Position numbers and translations under genes: made by a program. Below are positions 34,610 through 42,835 of a stretch of DNA of 64,000 nt, one piece after another. This DNA comes from Eubacteriales bacterium (lineage in GTDB: Bacteria > Bacillota > Clostridia > Oscillospirales > CAG-382): the NCBI GenBank assembly GCA_045533335.1, contig JAZSHQ010000021.1, positions 2,648 to 66,647 on the forward strand. Reading direction: 5' to 3'. Below the pieces are notes generated by a model. The model had not been told where the DNA came from. It worked only from the letters and a program-made list of their open reading frames with translations, and did not search any database. Within the stretch, counting starts at the first letter, position 1. Every line of letters starts with the position of its first letter.

Positions 34610-35764
34610 TTAATTATTTTTTATTTTTAAAAAATCTTCTTTGTGTATTTCTATTACGGGGCGTACGCCCGATTTTGCGGCTCGGGAATTGTAGCCGCTT
34701 TTATAAACCGTGCCGTTTTTTCTTATTACCTTTTGCAGTGCGCCCATAGCCATATCGGCAATCCACCAATGCGATTCGGTATCGTCAGGGAAGGCGAATG
34801 CTTCTTCGGACGTGTTGCTGCATTTTTGCATATCCTCGCAGGAAAGCAATCTTATTTTACGTATGCAGGCGCGTTCGTTTTCGGTAAAAGCAAGCTCGGA
34901 AAATCCGGTTTCCAGCCATTTGTTAAGCTCTTTTCCGCCGCAACGCGTGTCCACCGCGCATTCCGAAAGAAGAACGTAAACGTCGTTTTCCAAATAAAGG
35001 AAACGCCATTCGATGCTTTTTGTCGAATACCCCTTGCCGTCCTGAACGATAAACCTTTCGCCGTGTTCGGTAAAGGTCTGGTCTGCTTGCAGGCGGTAAG
35101 AAGGAATTGAAGTTTCGGGCCTGTCTTTGCATATACCGAGCGAAAGTATCGTGCCTTCTTCCTCGCTGACCCGCGCTTCTATCTTTTTCATTTGCAGATA
35201 ATCGGTGTCGATCGCTTCGGGTATTTTGCTTTTAACGGCAAGTGCAAGATTTTCTATACATTCTTCGGTGTTTCTGTAATCGGCGAATATCACGTTGTCG
35301 CTGAAAAGCGAGGTGATGACCGCGAGATTTTCAAGCGGGAAGTTTTTGGCAAGCGTTCTTTCATCCGCTTCGAGAGAATCGAACGCTTTTTTTATAATCA
35401 TAAGATTAGATTCTCCGTCGGCGTGGGCGGGGAAGATGTAAAACGGTCTGCCGCGCTCTTTTTCGGCTTGGAACTTTTCTAGCGTCCAACGGCGTTCCTT
35501 GTGTACGGCGTCCGCCAAAAACGCCTGAACGTTATTGAAGAAAATTACGCCTCGGCAGTTTTCGTGCTTGATAAGCGATTCGGCTTCTTCGGTCCATCTG
35601 TCGCCGTTTACAAAATCCACGTCGTACCATACGCGCACACCCTTTTCGAGAAGTCCCGTAAAGACGGTTTGCAGTATTTCCGCTTCTTTGTCGCGTGCGT
35701 GCTTATAGCTTATGAACAGAAAATCCTTATCTGTTATTTCTTGCTTCGTATAGTGCTCGCCCAT
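34610..35764 (-). CDS. TIR-domain protein fused to a C-terminal W-R-x-L / WW / GVRP module (DUF6273-like); first gene of the operon
   Basis: N-terminus: DFLFISYKHARDKE..LLEKGVRVWYD..NGDRW..RGVIFFNN..AVHKE (TIR beta-A/alpha-A, W-x-D and Glu pattern). C-terminus: IEWRFLYLENDVYVLLSE...HWWIADM...SGVRPVIEI. Confidence 0.7.
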   Translation of the reverse strand: MGEHYTKQEITDKDFLFISYKHARDKEAEILQTVFTGLLEKGVRVWYDVDFVNGDRWTEEAESLIKHENCRGVIFFNNVQAFLADAVHKERRWTLEKFQAEKERGRPFYIFPAHADGESNLMIIKKAFDSLEADERTLAKNFPLENLAVITSLFSDNVIFADYRNTEECIENLALAVKSKIPEAIDTDYLQMKKIEARVSEEEGTILSLGICKDRPETSIPSYRLQADQTFTEHGERFIVQDGKGYSTKSIEWRFLYLENDVYVLLSECAVDTRCGGKELNKWLETGFSELAFTENERACIRKIRLLSCEDMQKCSNTSEEAFAFPDDTESHWWIADMAMGALQKVIRKNGTVYKSGYNSRAAKSGVRPVIEIHKEDFLKIKNN

Positions 35765-35844
35765 AGCTGCATCCTTCCGAAAAATGAATGGAATTTTGTG
35801 ATATCCGTGAAATAATTCGCCAAAAATATTTACAATTATTTAAT

Positions 35845-35873
35845 ATTATACAATATATGCGCTTTTTAGTCAA
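35845..35873 (-). promoter_or_regulatory. Near-consensus sigma-A promoter of the TIR operon
   Basis: Minus strand: TTGACT (35873-35868), 17-nt spacer, TATAAT (35850-35845). About 80 nt upstream of the ATG at 35764, and directly after the galT terminator. Confidence 0.65.
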
Positions 35874-35894
35874 TAGTATTTTCATAATAAAAAA

Positions 35895-35919
35895 GGAACG
35901 CATTAAATCAATGCGTTCC
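35895..35919 (-). terminator. galT rho-independent terminator
   Basis: GGAACGCATT (35895-35904) / AATGCGTTCC (35910-35919), a 10-bp stem with a 5-nt loop. On the minus strand it is followed by TTTTTTATTATG. Confidence 0.8.
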
Positions 35920-35935
35920 TTTTCGGGATGTGATT

Positions 35936-37426
35936 TTAAAGATCCGAAACGAAGCGCAGGAAGGCTTGTTTTCCTTCATTTGTGCGCTTGAAAACGCCCG
36001 CGTCCTCAAGCACGTTAAGGAACACCTTGCCGATTTCGGCTTCGAGTATTTTTCGTATATTCGTTTCGTTCATTTCGGGATGCGCCGTTTTTATTTTCCG
36101 CGCCCATTCGGCGTGGGGAGCAAGCTGCTCGGACGCATAAAGGTCGCTTCCGTTCAGCAATGCGTTTTCGAGCAGTACGATTTCGTTTGCAAGCCTTGCG
36201 GGGAGCACAGCGAGCCCCATTACCTCGATAAGTCCGATATTTTCCTTTTTTATGTGGTGTAGGCTCGGGTTGGGGTGGTAAACACCGAGCGGGCGTTCGT
36301 CGGTTGTTATGTTATTGCGGAGAACCAGGTCTATTTCGAACTCGTTGCCGTTTTTCCGTGCTATGGGGGTTATCGTGTTGTGCGGAATACCTTCGGTGTC
36401 GGCAAACACAAAAGCTTCTTTATCGGTGTAGTTGCGCCATTTTTTAAGTATATGGGCACAGCATTCGGCAAGATTTATGCGGTTTTCCGAAGAAACGCGT
36501 ATTACCGACATAGGCCATTTGATTATACCGGCTTTTACATTGGGGAATTCGGGCAGAGAAAATTCGGTTTCTATACCCGCTTTTGCCATCGCAAAGGTGT
36601 AGTTGCCGCCCTGAAAATGCTCGTGCGAGAGTATCGAGCCGCCGACTATCGGCAAATCTGCGTTCGAGCCGATAAAATAATGGGGGAGATAATCGATAAT
36701 ATCAAGCATTTTGTTGAATACCGCCGAATCTATCTTCATCGGGATATGCTTGGTATTAAAGGCGATGCAATGCTCGTGATAATAGCCGTAGGGCGAATAT
36801 TGAAGCTGCCATTCTTCACCGTTGACCGTCATCGATATCGGGCGCAGATTCTGGCGTGCGGGGTGGGTGGCGTGCCCTGCAAAGCCTGCATTTTCGGCGC
36901 AAAGCTGACATTTGGGATAGCTTGCCGATTTTGCGTTTCTCGCCGCGGCGATGTCACGCGGGTCCTTTTCGGGCTTGGAACGGTTTATGGTTATATCCAA
37001 AATGCCGTAATCGCAAGGGTATTCCCACTTTAAATCCTTGGCGATTCTGCCCGCGCGGACGTAATTTAGCTTTTTGCTGAAATCGAAATACCAATCGGTT
37101 GCTTGCTTGGGGTTTTGCGCGTATCTTGCTGCAAATTCGCGGTTGACCTCACGCGGCATAGGGGTAAATATGCCCATTATTTTCGTATCGAAAAGATCGC
37201 GCGTGTTTGCTGTATCGGCAATAATGCCTTTTTCAACGGCGTATTCGATTATCGGCGCTAAAAGCGTGTCGATGTCCTCACCGTTCCAAATAGTTTGGGT
37301 TTCCTGCCAATCCGAAAGGTCGAGCGATTGCATAAGCATATTGCGTATAACGTAAACATCCGCCTTTTCGCTAAGACCGCATTTTTCGGCATAGTCGGTA
37401 AGTTTATTAAGTGCTTCGAATATCAT
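35936..37426 (-). CDS. galT: Galactose-1-phosphate uridylyltransferase, type 2 (Firmicutes-type GalT)
   Basis: About 496 aa. ...LPIVGGSILSHEHFQGG... matches the type-2 GalT signature, and the N-terminus is typical of the family. Confidence 0.85.
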   Translation of the reverse strand: MIFEALNKLTDYAEKCGLSEKADVYVIRNMLMQSLDLSDWQETQTIWNGEDIDTLLAPIIEYAVEKGIIADTANTRDLFDTKIMGIFTPMPREVNREFAARYAQNPKQATDWYFDFSKKLNYVRAGRIAKDLKWEYPCDYGILDITINRSKPEKDPRDIAAARNAKSASYPKCQLCAENAGFAGHATHPARQNLRPISMTVNGEEWQLQYSPYGYYHEHCIAFNTKHIPMKIDSAVFNKMLDIIDYLPHYFIGSNADLPIVGGSILSHEHFQGGNYTFAMAKAGIETEFSLPEFPNVKAGIIKWPMSVIRVSSENRINLAECCAHILKKWRNYTDKEAFVFADTEGIPHNTITPIARKNGNEFEIDLVLRNNITTDERPLGVYHPNPSLHHIKKENIGLIEVMGLAVLPARLANEIVLLENALLNGSDLYASEQLAPHAEWARKIKTAHPEMNETNIRKILEAEIGKVFLNVLEDAGVFKRTNEGKQAFLRFVSDL

Positions 37427-37438
37427 TTTAAATCTCCG

Positions 37439-38023
37439 TTATATAAGACTGCTTACGAATATTTCAATGCCTATAAAAATAAGTATCGCACCGCCCAGAA
37501 TTCCCGCCTTGCCCGCAAGACGCGTGCCTGCCTTTTTGCCGATAAATATACCGCCAAGGCAGATACCGAAGGTGGTAAGCGCGATTATCGATGCCGAAAT
37601 CAATGCTTCGTAAATCCCGTATTCCGAAATGGTAAAGCCTACCGAAAGCGCATCGATAGAGGTGGCAACGCCCTGTACGAGCAAAGCACCGAGAGTTAAA
37701 CGCTTGCAATCGCATTCATCGCAATCACAATGTATTCCCTCGTAAAGCATTTTTCCGCCGATTATCACAAGCAAAACAAGTGCTACTATCGGAATATATC
37801 TTTCGAGCGCGCTGAAATATTCAACGACCGTGTGTACGCACACCCAGCCGAGAAGCGGCATAAGTGCCTGAAAAAAGGCGAAAATGCCTGCAACAAGCAG
37901 CATTTTACTTCGCTTCATTCGTGGCTCGTTCAAGCCGTTCGCGAGCGATACCGAAAATGCGTCCATAGCAAGTCCGATGCCCAAAAGTATGCTGTTGAAG
38001 AAAAAAGTAAAACCGAGCGACAT
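37439..38023 (-). CDS. mntP: Manganese efflux pump MntP family
   Basis: GLAMDAFSVSLANG and ATSIDALSVGFT duplicated motifs. About 194 aa with six spans. Confidence 0.8.
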   Translation of the reverse strand: MSLGFTFFFNSILLGIGLAMDAFSVSLANGLNEPRMKRSKMLLVAGIFAFFQALMPLLGWVCVHTVVEYFSALERYIPIVALVLLVIIGGKMLYEGIHCDCDECDCKRLTLGALLVQGVATSIDALSVGFTISEYGIYEALISASIIALTTFGICLGGIFIGKKAGTRLAGKAGILGGAILIFIGIEIFVSSLI

Positions 38024-38144
38024 ACACCGTTTCCTTTGAAATAATATCGAAATGTGAAAAAATTATATATCAAATCCTATGCAAAGTCAAGGACAAAGAA
38101 TGCTCAATCAGCGCCGAAATTAAAGAATAAAGTAACAAATATAA

Positions 38145-38164
38145 GAGCCGCGCGAACACGGCTC
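38145..38164 (-). terminator. glgB terminator hairpin
   Basis: Minus strand GAGCCG-TGTTCGCG-CGGCTC, followed by TTATATTTGTT. Confidence 0.55.
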
Positions 38165-38172
38165 CTTGCTGT

Positions 38173-40161
38173 TTATTGCTTTTTAAAGACTATCGCGCTT
38201 CTGTTCGGGAGATAGCAGAAAAATCCAAGCCTGCCGTCGAGCGTTCTTTCGGCTTTGTATTTATAAGCCTTGTCCACTCTGTCAAAGCCGCCGAAGGTGC
38301 TGTCGTCGGTCGAGAGGACAACGCTGTAAACGCCTTCCTCCTCAACGGGCACGAAGTAGTTCGTAAACGAGCGTTCGGGGTGGAAGTTAAAGGCAAAGGC
38401 AACGCTTTTTTTGGTGTAAATAAGTACCTTGTCGCCTTGGTCTATCCATTGGCTCTGCGGTTTTTTCGGCATAAGGCGTTCGCTTTTTAAAAGCTTAAGC
38501 ATGGCCATATCGAAATCGCGCAGATATTCGTATTTTAATTGCTTGTTGTCCGCGAGACTCCATTGTCTGCGGCAGTAATGATAGCTCCAGCCGTTACCCT
38601 CACGCGGGAAGTCTATCCATTCGGGATGCCCGAATTCGTTGCCCATAAAGTTTAAATACCCTTCGCCTACGGTAGTTGCGGTAATAAGGCGTATCATCTT
38701 GTGCAGGGCAATACCTCTGTCGATAATCGCGCTTTCGCCGTCCTTGTTCATCTTCCAATACATTTCGGAATCGCAAAGGCGGAAGATTATCGTTTTGTCG
38801 CCGACAAGTGCTTGGTCGTGCGATTCGCAATATCCGATAGCCTTTTCGTTCACACGGCGAGAGGTAAGCTCGTGCCAGAGCTTGAACATATCCCAATCGT
38901 TATCGCGATATTCCTTTATCATCTTTATCCAAAGGTCGGGAATACCCATCGAAAGACGGAAATCAAACCCTATACCGCCGTCCTTTATCGGAACGCACAT
39001 ACCAGGCATGCCCGACATATCCTCGGCAATTGTTATGGCCTTCGGGTTGATCTCGTGTATAAGCTCGTTTGCGAGCATAAGGTAGGTCACCGCTTCGGTG
39101 TCGGTGTTCATCGAGAAATACATAGAGTAATCGGTAAACGCGCTGCCCAATCCGTGGTCGTGATAAAGCATCGAGGTTACGCCGTCGAAGCGGAAGCCGT
39201 CGAAGTGGAATATCTTCATCCAATATTTAAGGTTGGAAAGCAGGAAATGAATAACCTCGTTTTTATCGTAATTAAAGAGCATCGTGTCCCACGCGGGGTG
39301 ATAGCCGCGTGCGCCCTCGTGGAAATACTGATAATGAGTGCCGTCGAAATAATTGAGTCCGTCGCCGCCGTTTTTCACCGCGTGGGAATGCACCACGTCG
39401 AGCAGAACGGTTATGCCCATTTTGTGCGCGGTGTTTATAAGGCGTTTAAGCTCTTTTGCCTTGCCGTAGCGCGAGCTTACCCCGAAAAAGTTCGAAACCT
39501 GATAACCGAACGAGCCGTAATAGGGATGCTCCATTATCGCCATTATCTGAACGGTGTTGTAGCCGAGCTTTTTAATGCGGGGAAGTATGTTTTCGGTAAA
39601 CTCGTTAAAAGTGCCGATTCTGCCCTCCTCCTGCGCCATACCGATATGGCATTCGTAAATATAGGGCGTTTTTTGGGGCTTAAAATCCCCATCCGTCCAT
39701 TCGAAATTATCGAAAAGAATATCGTCGACCTCGGCGCAGAAATTATAGGTTACGGGGTCCTGCACAACGCGCGTCGCATAAGCGGGTACGCGGCGCATAA
39801 ATTCGCGGTTGCGAATAACTATGGCTTGCACCTTCTGGCCGACGCGTAAAGCGTCCTTGCCATCGAGATATATCTCGAAAACGCCGTTTTCGATTTTCTT
39901 CATCGGGTAGGCTCTGCAATTCCAATTCGCAAAATCGCCGGTAAAATACATTTCGTCCGCACCGGGCGCCCATTCGCGGTAAACCCAGCCGTTTTCGGTT
40001 TTGTGAATGCCGAAATATTCGTAACCGTTTGCAAAATCGGTTAATTTTTCGTTTTCCCTTATAAGCTCGTTCCGCTTTGCTTTGTATGAATCAACGCGTA
40101 AATTAAGGTCCTTTTCAAACGGCGCAAGATACGGGTCGGCTTTTATAATTCCGAGTGCCAT
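38173..40161 (-). CDS. glgB: 1,4-alpha-glucan branching enzyme (GH13)
   Basis: GH13 regions DVVHSH, GFRFDGVTSM, IAEDMSG and CESHDQ. Start moved to the ATG at 40161 (MALGIIKADPYL...) with a GGAGG RBS. Confidence 0.85.
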   Translation of the reverse strand: MALGIIKADPYLAPFEKDLNLRVDSYKAKRNELIRENEKLTDFANGYEYFGIHKTENGWVYREWAPGADEMYFTGDFANWNCRAYPMKKIENGVFEIYLDGKDALRVGQKVQAIVIRNREFMRRVPAYATRVVQDPVTYNFCAEVDDILFDNFEWTDGDFKPQKTPYIYECHIGMAQEEGRIGTFNEFTENILPRIKKLGYNTVQIMAIMEHPYYGSFGYQVSNFFGVSSRYGKAKELKRLINTAHKMGITVLLDVVHSHAVKNGGDGLNYFDGTHYQYFHEGARGYHPAWDTMLFNYDKNEVIHFLLSNLKYWMKIFHFDGFRFDGVTSMLYHDHGLGSAFTDYSMYFSMNTDTEAVTYLMLANELIHEINPKAITIAEDMSGMPGMCVPIKDGGIGFDFRLSMGIPDLWIKMIKEYRDNDWDMFKLWHELTSRRVNEKAIGYCESHDQALVGDKTIIFRLCDSEMYWKMNKDGESAIIDRGIALHKMIRLITATTVGEGYLNFMGNEFGHPEWIDFPREGNGWSYHYCRRQWSLADNKQLKYEYLRDFDMAMLKLLKSERLMPKKPQSQWIDQGDKVLIYTKKSVAFAFNFHPERSFTNYFVPVEEEGVYSVVLSTDDSTFGGFDRVDKAYKYKAERTLDGRLGFFCYLPNRSAIVFKKQ

Positions 40162-40279
40162 AATTAAACCTCCGAAATGTTCTGCTCTTATTATATTACA
40201 AAACTTTTCATTAATCAAGGGTTGAAAAATCGTTTTATCGGTGGTACAATCCGAATATAATATTTTTTTGGTGATAATT

Positions 40280-40777
40280 ATGCTTCATATTGTACTTTAC
40301 GAGCCCGAAATACCGCAAAACACGGGGAATATATCGCGCACCTGCGCTGTTACGGGGGCGCACCTTCATCTTATCGAGCCGCTCGGATTCGAGCTTTCCG
40401 ACCGTACCATTCGCCGCGCGGGGCTTGATTATTGGCAGTATTTAACCGTTTCGCGCTATGTTAATTGGGATGAATTCAAATCGAAAAACCCCAACGGCGA
40501 ATTCTATTTTTGCTCGACCAAGGGGCAAAAATGCCATTCCGAGGTCGAATATCCCGAGGATAAGGATATTTATCTCGTTTTCGGTAAAGAATCGCACGGC
40601 TTGCCCGAGCCCTTGCTCGAAGCGAATTACGACCGCTGTATCCGCATTCCGATGCTCGGCTTTGTGCGTTCGTTAAACCTTTCGAATGCCGTCGCAGTGT
40701 GCGCTTACGAGGTCCTTCGCCAGCTTGGTTACCCCAACCTTTCGGATGAAGGGCATTTGACCGGCAGACCCGATTAA
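40280..40777 (+). CDS. trmL: SpoU-family tRNA (cytidine/uridine-2'-O)-methyltransferase TrmL
   Basis: MLHIVLYEPEIPQNTGNISRTCA..., ...FGKESHGLP..., ...RSLNLSNAVAVCAYE.... Start moved to the ATG at 40280. Confidence 0.8.
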   Translation: MLHIVLYEPEIPQNTGNISRTCAVTGAHLHLIEPLGFELSDRTIRRAGLDYWQYLTVSRYVNWDEFKSKNPNGEFYFCSTKGQKCHSEVEYPEDKDIYLVFGKESHGLPEPLLEANYDRCIRIPMLGFVRSLNLSNAVAVCAYEVLRQLGYPNLSDEGHLTGRPD

Positions 40778-40788
40778 GGAGCGTTAAA

Positions 40789-41322
40789 ATGTTTAAACTT
40801 TTTAAGTCGAAAAAATTCGATCCCCAAAAGATAATAAAAGCAAAAGACGCAAAAGCGCTTTGCAAGCTTAACAGCGAGGATTTTAAAGAACTTGCAATCG
40901 CCTTGGTGTATGACTATTACCTCGATATGCCGTTTGAATCGCTTAACGCGGATCAGAAAACGCTCTTTTTGTGTATGTCGGTCGAGGATTCTTGCCAAGC
41001 AGACGGCATTTTGTCGTTGCTTGAAAATGAAAATGTTTTTTTCGCTCTGCCCGAAGCAGTAGACGAGTTGTTTAAAATTTCTTCCCCGATAACCGCAAAG
41101 GCACTTGATAAATTTATTGATCTTATGCCCAAGGGCACCTTTGAAAACCGCGTTATGCCCGAGTATGAATGGTTTTCCGAAAACGCCGAGAGGGAAGAAG
41201 CGGCAGAAAATATCGAAGCCGAAATTACCGAATACCCCGACGGCTACACGGGCGAATTGCTTTGGAAATATTTCGCATCAAGCATCGACCGTGCAAAATC
41301 GCTTTTGGAAGTAATGAAATAG
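40789..41322 (+). CDS. Hypothetical protein
   Basis: 177-aa ORF 12 nt after trmL. The resemblance to DUF4375-type proteins is vague and I do not assert it. Confidence 0.45.
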   Translation: MFKLFKSKKFDPQKIIKAKDAKALCKLNSEDFKELAIALVYDYYLDMPFESLNADQKTLFLCMSVEDSCQADGILSLLENENVFFALPEAVDELFKISSPITAKALDKFIDLMPKGTFENRVMPEYEWFSENAEREEAAENIEAEITEYPDGYTGELLWKYFASSIDRAKSLLEVMK

Positions 41323-41443
41323 AAAACAAAAAGCAAGGATTAAATCCCTTGCCTCGGACCGAAGACAAATGGGTAAGATACCCCAAAAATGTAAGCGTTT
41401 TCGCGGAACCTGACTTATGCCCTTGAAACACTCATATACTACA

Positions 41444-41478
41444 AAAGTGTACTTTCGACAAAATTGAAAGTACACTTT
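41444..41478 (-). terminator. 13-bp perfect inverted repeat 3' of the DeoR-family gene (terminator or operator)
   Basis: AAAGTGTACTTTC (41444-41456) / GAAAGTACACTTT (41466-41478). On the minus strand it is followed by TGTAGT, so the U-tract is poor. Confidence 0.45.
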
Positions 41479-41490
41479 ACGTTTTTTGCT

Positions 41491-42267
41491 TTATTCTTTT
41501 TCGACAATATCGATATTTATTCCGAGCTCGTCGAATTCCGCGAGGTCTTCTTCGAGCGCGTCCCAGTCGGTGATCAATGTGTTCAGCCTGCTCGCAGGGC
41601 AAATGCTTACAATAGAATCAACACCTATTTTTTCGGTGGGGTAAAGCCCTATTGCCTGCTTCGAACTGTCGATAACCGCGTTCCAAAAACTTATCGCTTG
41701 GGATTTTTGTATCGAAAGTCCGAATTTTGCCGAAATTGCGGCAGAGGTAAGAAAGCATTTGTCGAAGCGTAGTTTTTTAATGGTTTCGATAGCAAACGCA
41801 TCGTAGCAATTGCCCTTTGCGTCCATTTCGCCGCCAAGCATAATTACCGAAATATTCGGCTTCTTACGAAGTTCATCGGCAATAATTATCGAATTTGTTA
41901 CCGCGCGTATTTTTAAATCGTCGGGCAGGTTTTGCGCCATTAAATAGCCCACGGATGCCGACGTAATAAATACGGCGTCGTTATTATTTATCATCGAAAC
42001 CGCGCGTTTCGCGATGGCAAGGTAATTTTCATTGACCTCGTCAAAATCCTTGCAGGTAACGTCCGAGGGCTTGCCCGCGCCTATCTGGCGAATAGCTATC
42101 GCGCCGCCGTGGGTGCGTTTAAGAAGCCCTTTTTCTTCCAAAATTCTTAAATCGCGCTTTGCCGAATCGTACCCAACGCTGAATTTGCGCTGTATTTCAG
42201 CAGTGCTTATACTGCCCTTTGTTTCCAAAATTTCAAGTATTTTCTGATGCCGTTCTTCAATAAACAT
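41491..42267 (-). CDS. DeoR/GlpR-family transcriptional regulator
   Basis: N-terminal HTH (RHQKILEILETKGSISTAEIQRKFSVGYDSAKRDLRILEEKGLLKRTHGGA) plus a sugar-phosphate-binding C-terminal domain. Confidence 0.85.
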   Translation of the reverse strand: MFIEERHQKILEILETKGSISTAEIQRKFSVGYDSAKRDLRILEEKGLLKRTHGGAIAIRQIGAGKPSDVTCKDFDEVNENYLAIAKRAVSMINNNDAVFITSASVGYLMAQNLPDDLKIRAVTNSIIIADELRKKPNISVIMLGGEMDAKGNCYDAFAIETIKKLRFDKCFLTSAAISAKFGLSIQKSQAISFWNAVIDSSKQAIGLYPTEKIGVDSIVSICPASRLNTLITDWDALEEDLAEFDELGINIDIVEKE

Positions 42268-42331
42268 TGTTTATGTCCTTTCGTGTCAGTCAAATCGGTT
42301 TCGTGTCGCCCCGTTCCCGCTTTGCATTAAC

Positions 42332-42382
42332 ACTATACCACATTTGTTCCTGTTTGTCAATAGAAAAACGGGAACAAATGTG
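42332..42382 (-). promoter_or_regulatory. DeoR-gene promoter with -35 box in the loop and right arm in the spacer of a 12-bp perfect inverted repeat (candidate operator)
   Basis: Minus strand: TTGACA (42360-42355), 17 nt, TATAGT (42337-42332). Arms CACATTTGTTCC (42339-42350) / GGAACAAATGTG (42371-42382) bracket the -35 box. Confidence 0.55.
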
Positions 42383-42418
42383 AATTTTCTTCGATAAACA
42401 TTCACGGTTTTGCGTTTT

Positions 42419-42835
42419 TTATTCCTCAACTATAATCGGTTGCCAAGCGAAAGGAAGCAAGTCGCGTGCACTAACTTTTATCAGTTTTCCGTTTTCGTCG
42501 TTAACGATAACCTTTATATCGGGGCAGTATTCGAACATCATCTGTCTGCAGTTTCCGCAAGGGGGAATGACGAAATTAATGTGCTTGTCGTGTACCGCGA
42601 CGATTGTATCGAATTCGCGCTCGCCTGCGGATATGGCGATTCCCATTGTAATGTATTCCGCGCAAGAGCCGTGAATGCCGTCGCAATTCACGCCCTTATA
42701 GATATTGCCGTTCTTGCAAAGCAACGCACAGCCTACGGTGTGGTTGTAAACACCGTCATCAAAATTTTGTTTTAAAACCTCTAACCCGATTTCGATTAAC
42801 TTTTTATCGGTTTCGGTAATTTCATATCTTGTCAT
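42419..42835 (-). CDS. Cytidine-deaminase-fold zinc enzyme (Cdd / blasticidin-S-deaminase-like)
   Basis: Zinc ligand motifs SCAEY and PCGNCRQ. About 138 aa, homotetramer-type size. Confidence 0.75.
   Translation of the reverse strand: MTRYEITETDKKLIEIGLEVLKQNFDDGVYNHTVGCALLCKNGNIYKGVNCDGIHGSCAEYITMGIAISAGEREFDTIVAVHDKHINFVIPPCGNCRQMMFEYCPDIKVIVNDENGKLIKVSARDLLPFAWQPIIVEE

Noticed and set aside
38024-38144. An expected yybP-ykoY (Mn2+) riboswitch upstream of mntP.
   Set aside because: I could not find the conserved GGGGAGUAG / GACAUA-type elements in the 120-nt leader by eye. It needs an Infernal scan (RF00080) before anything is claimed.
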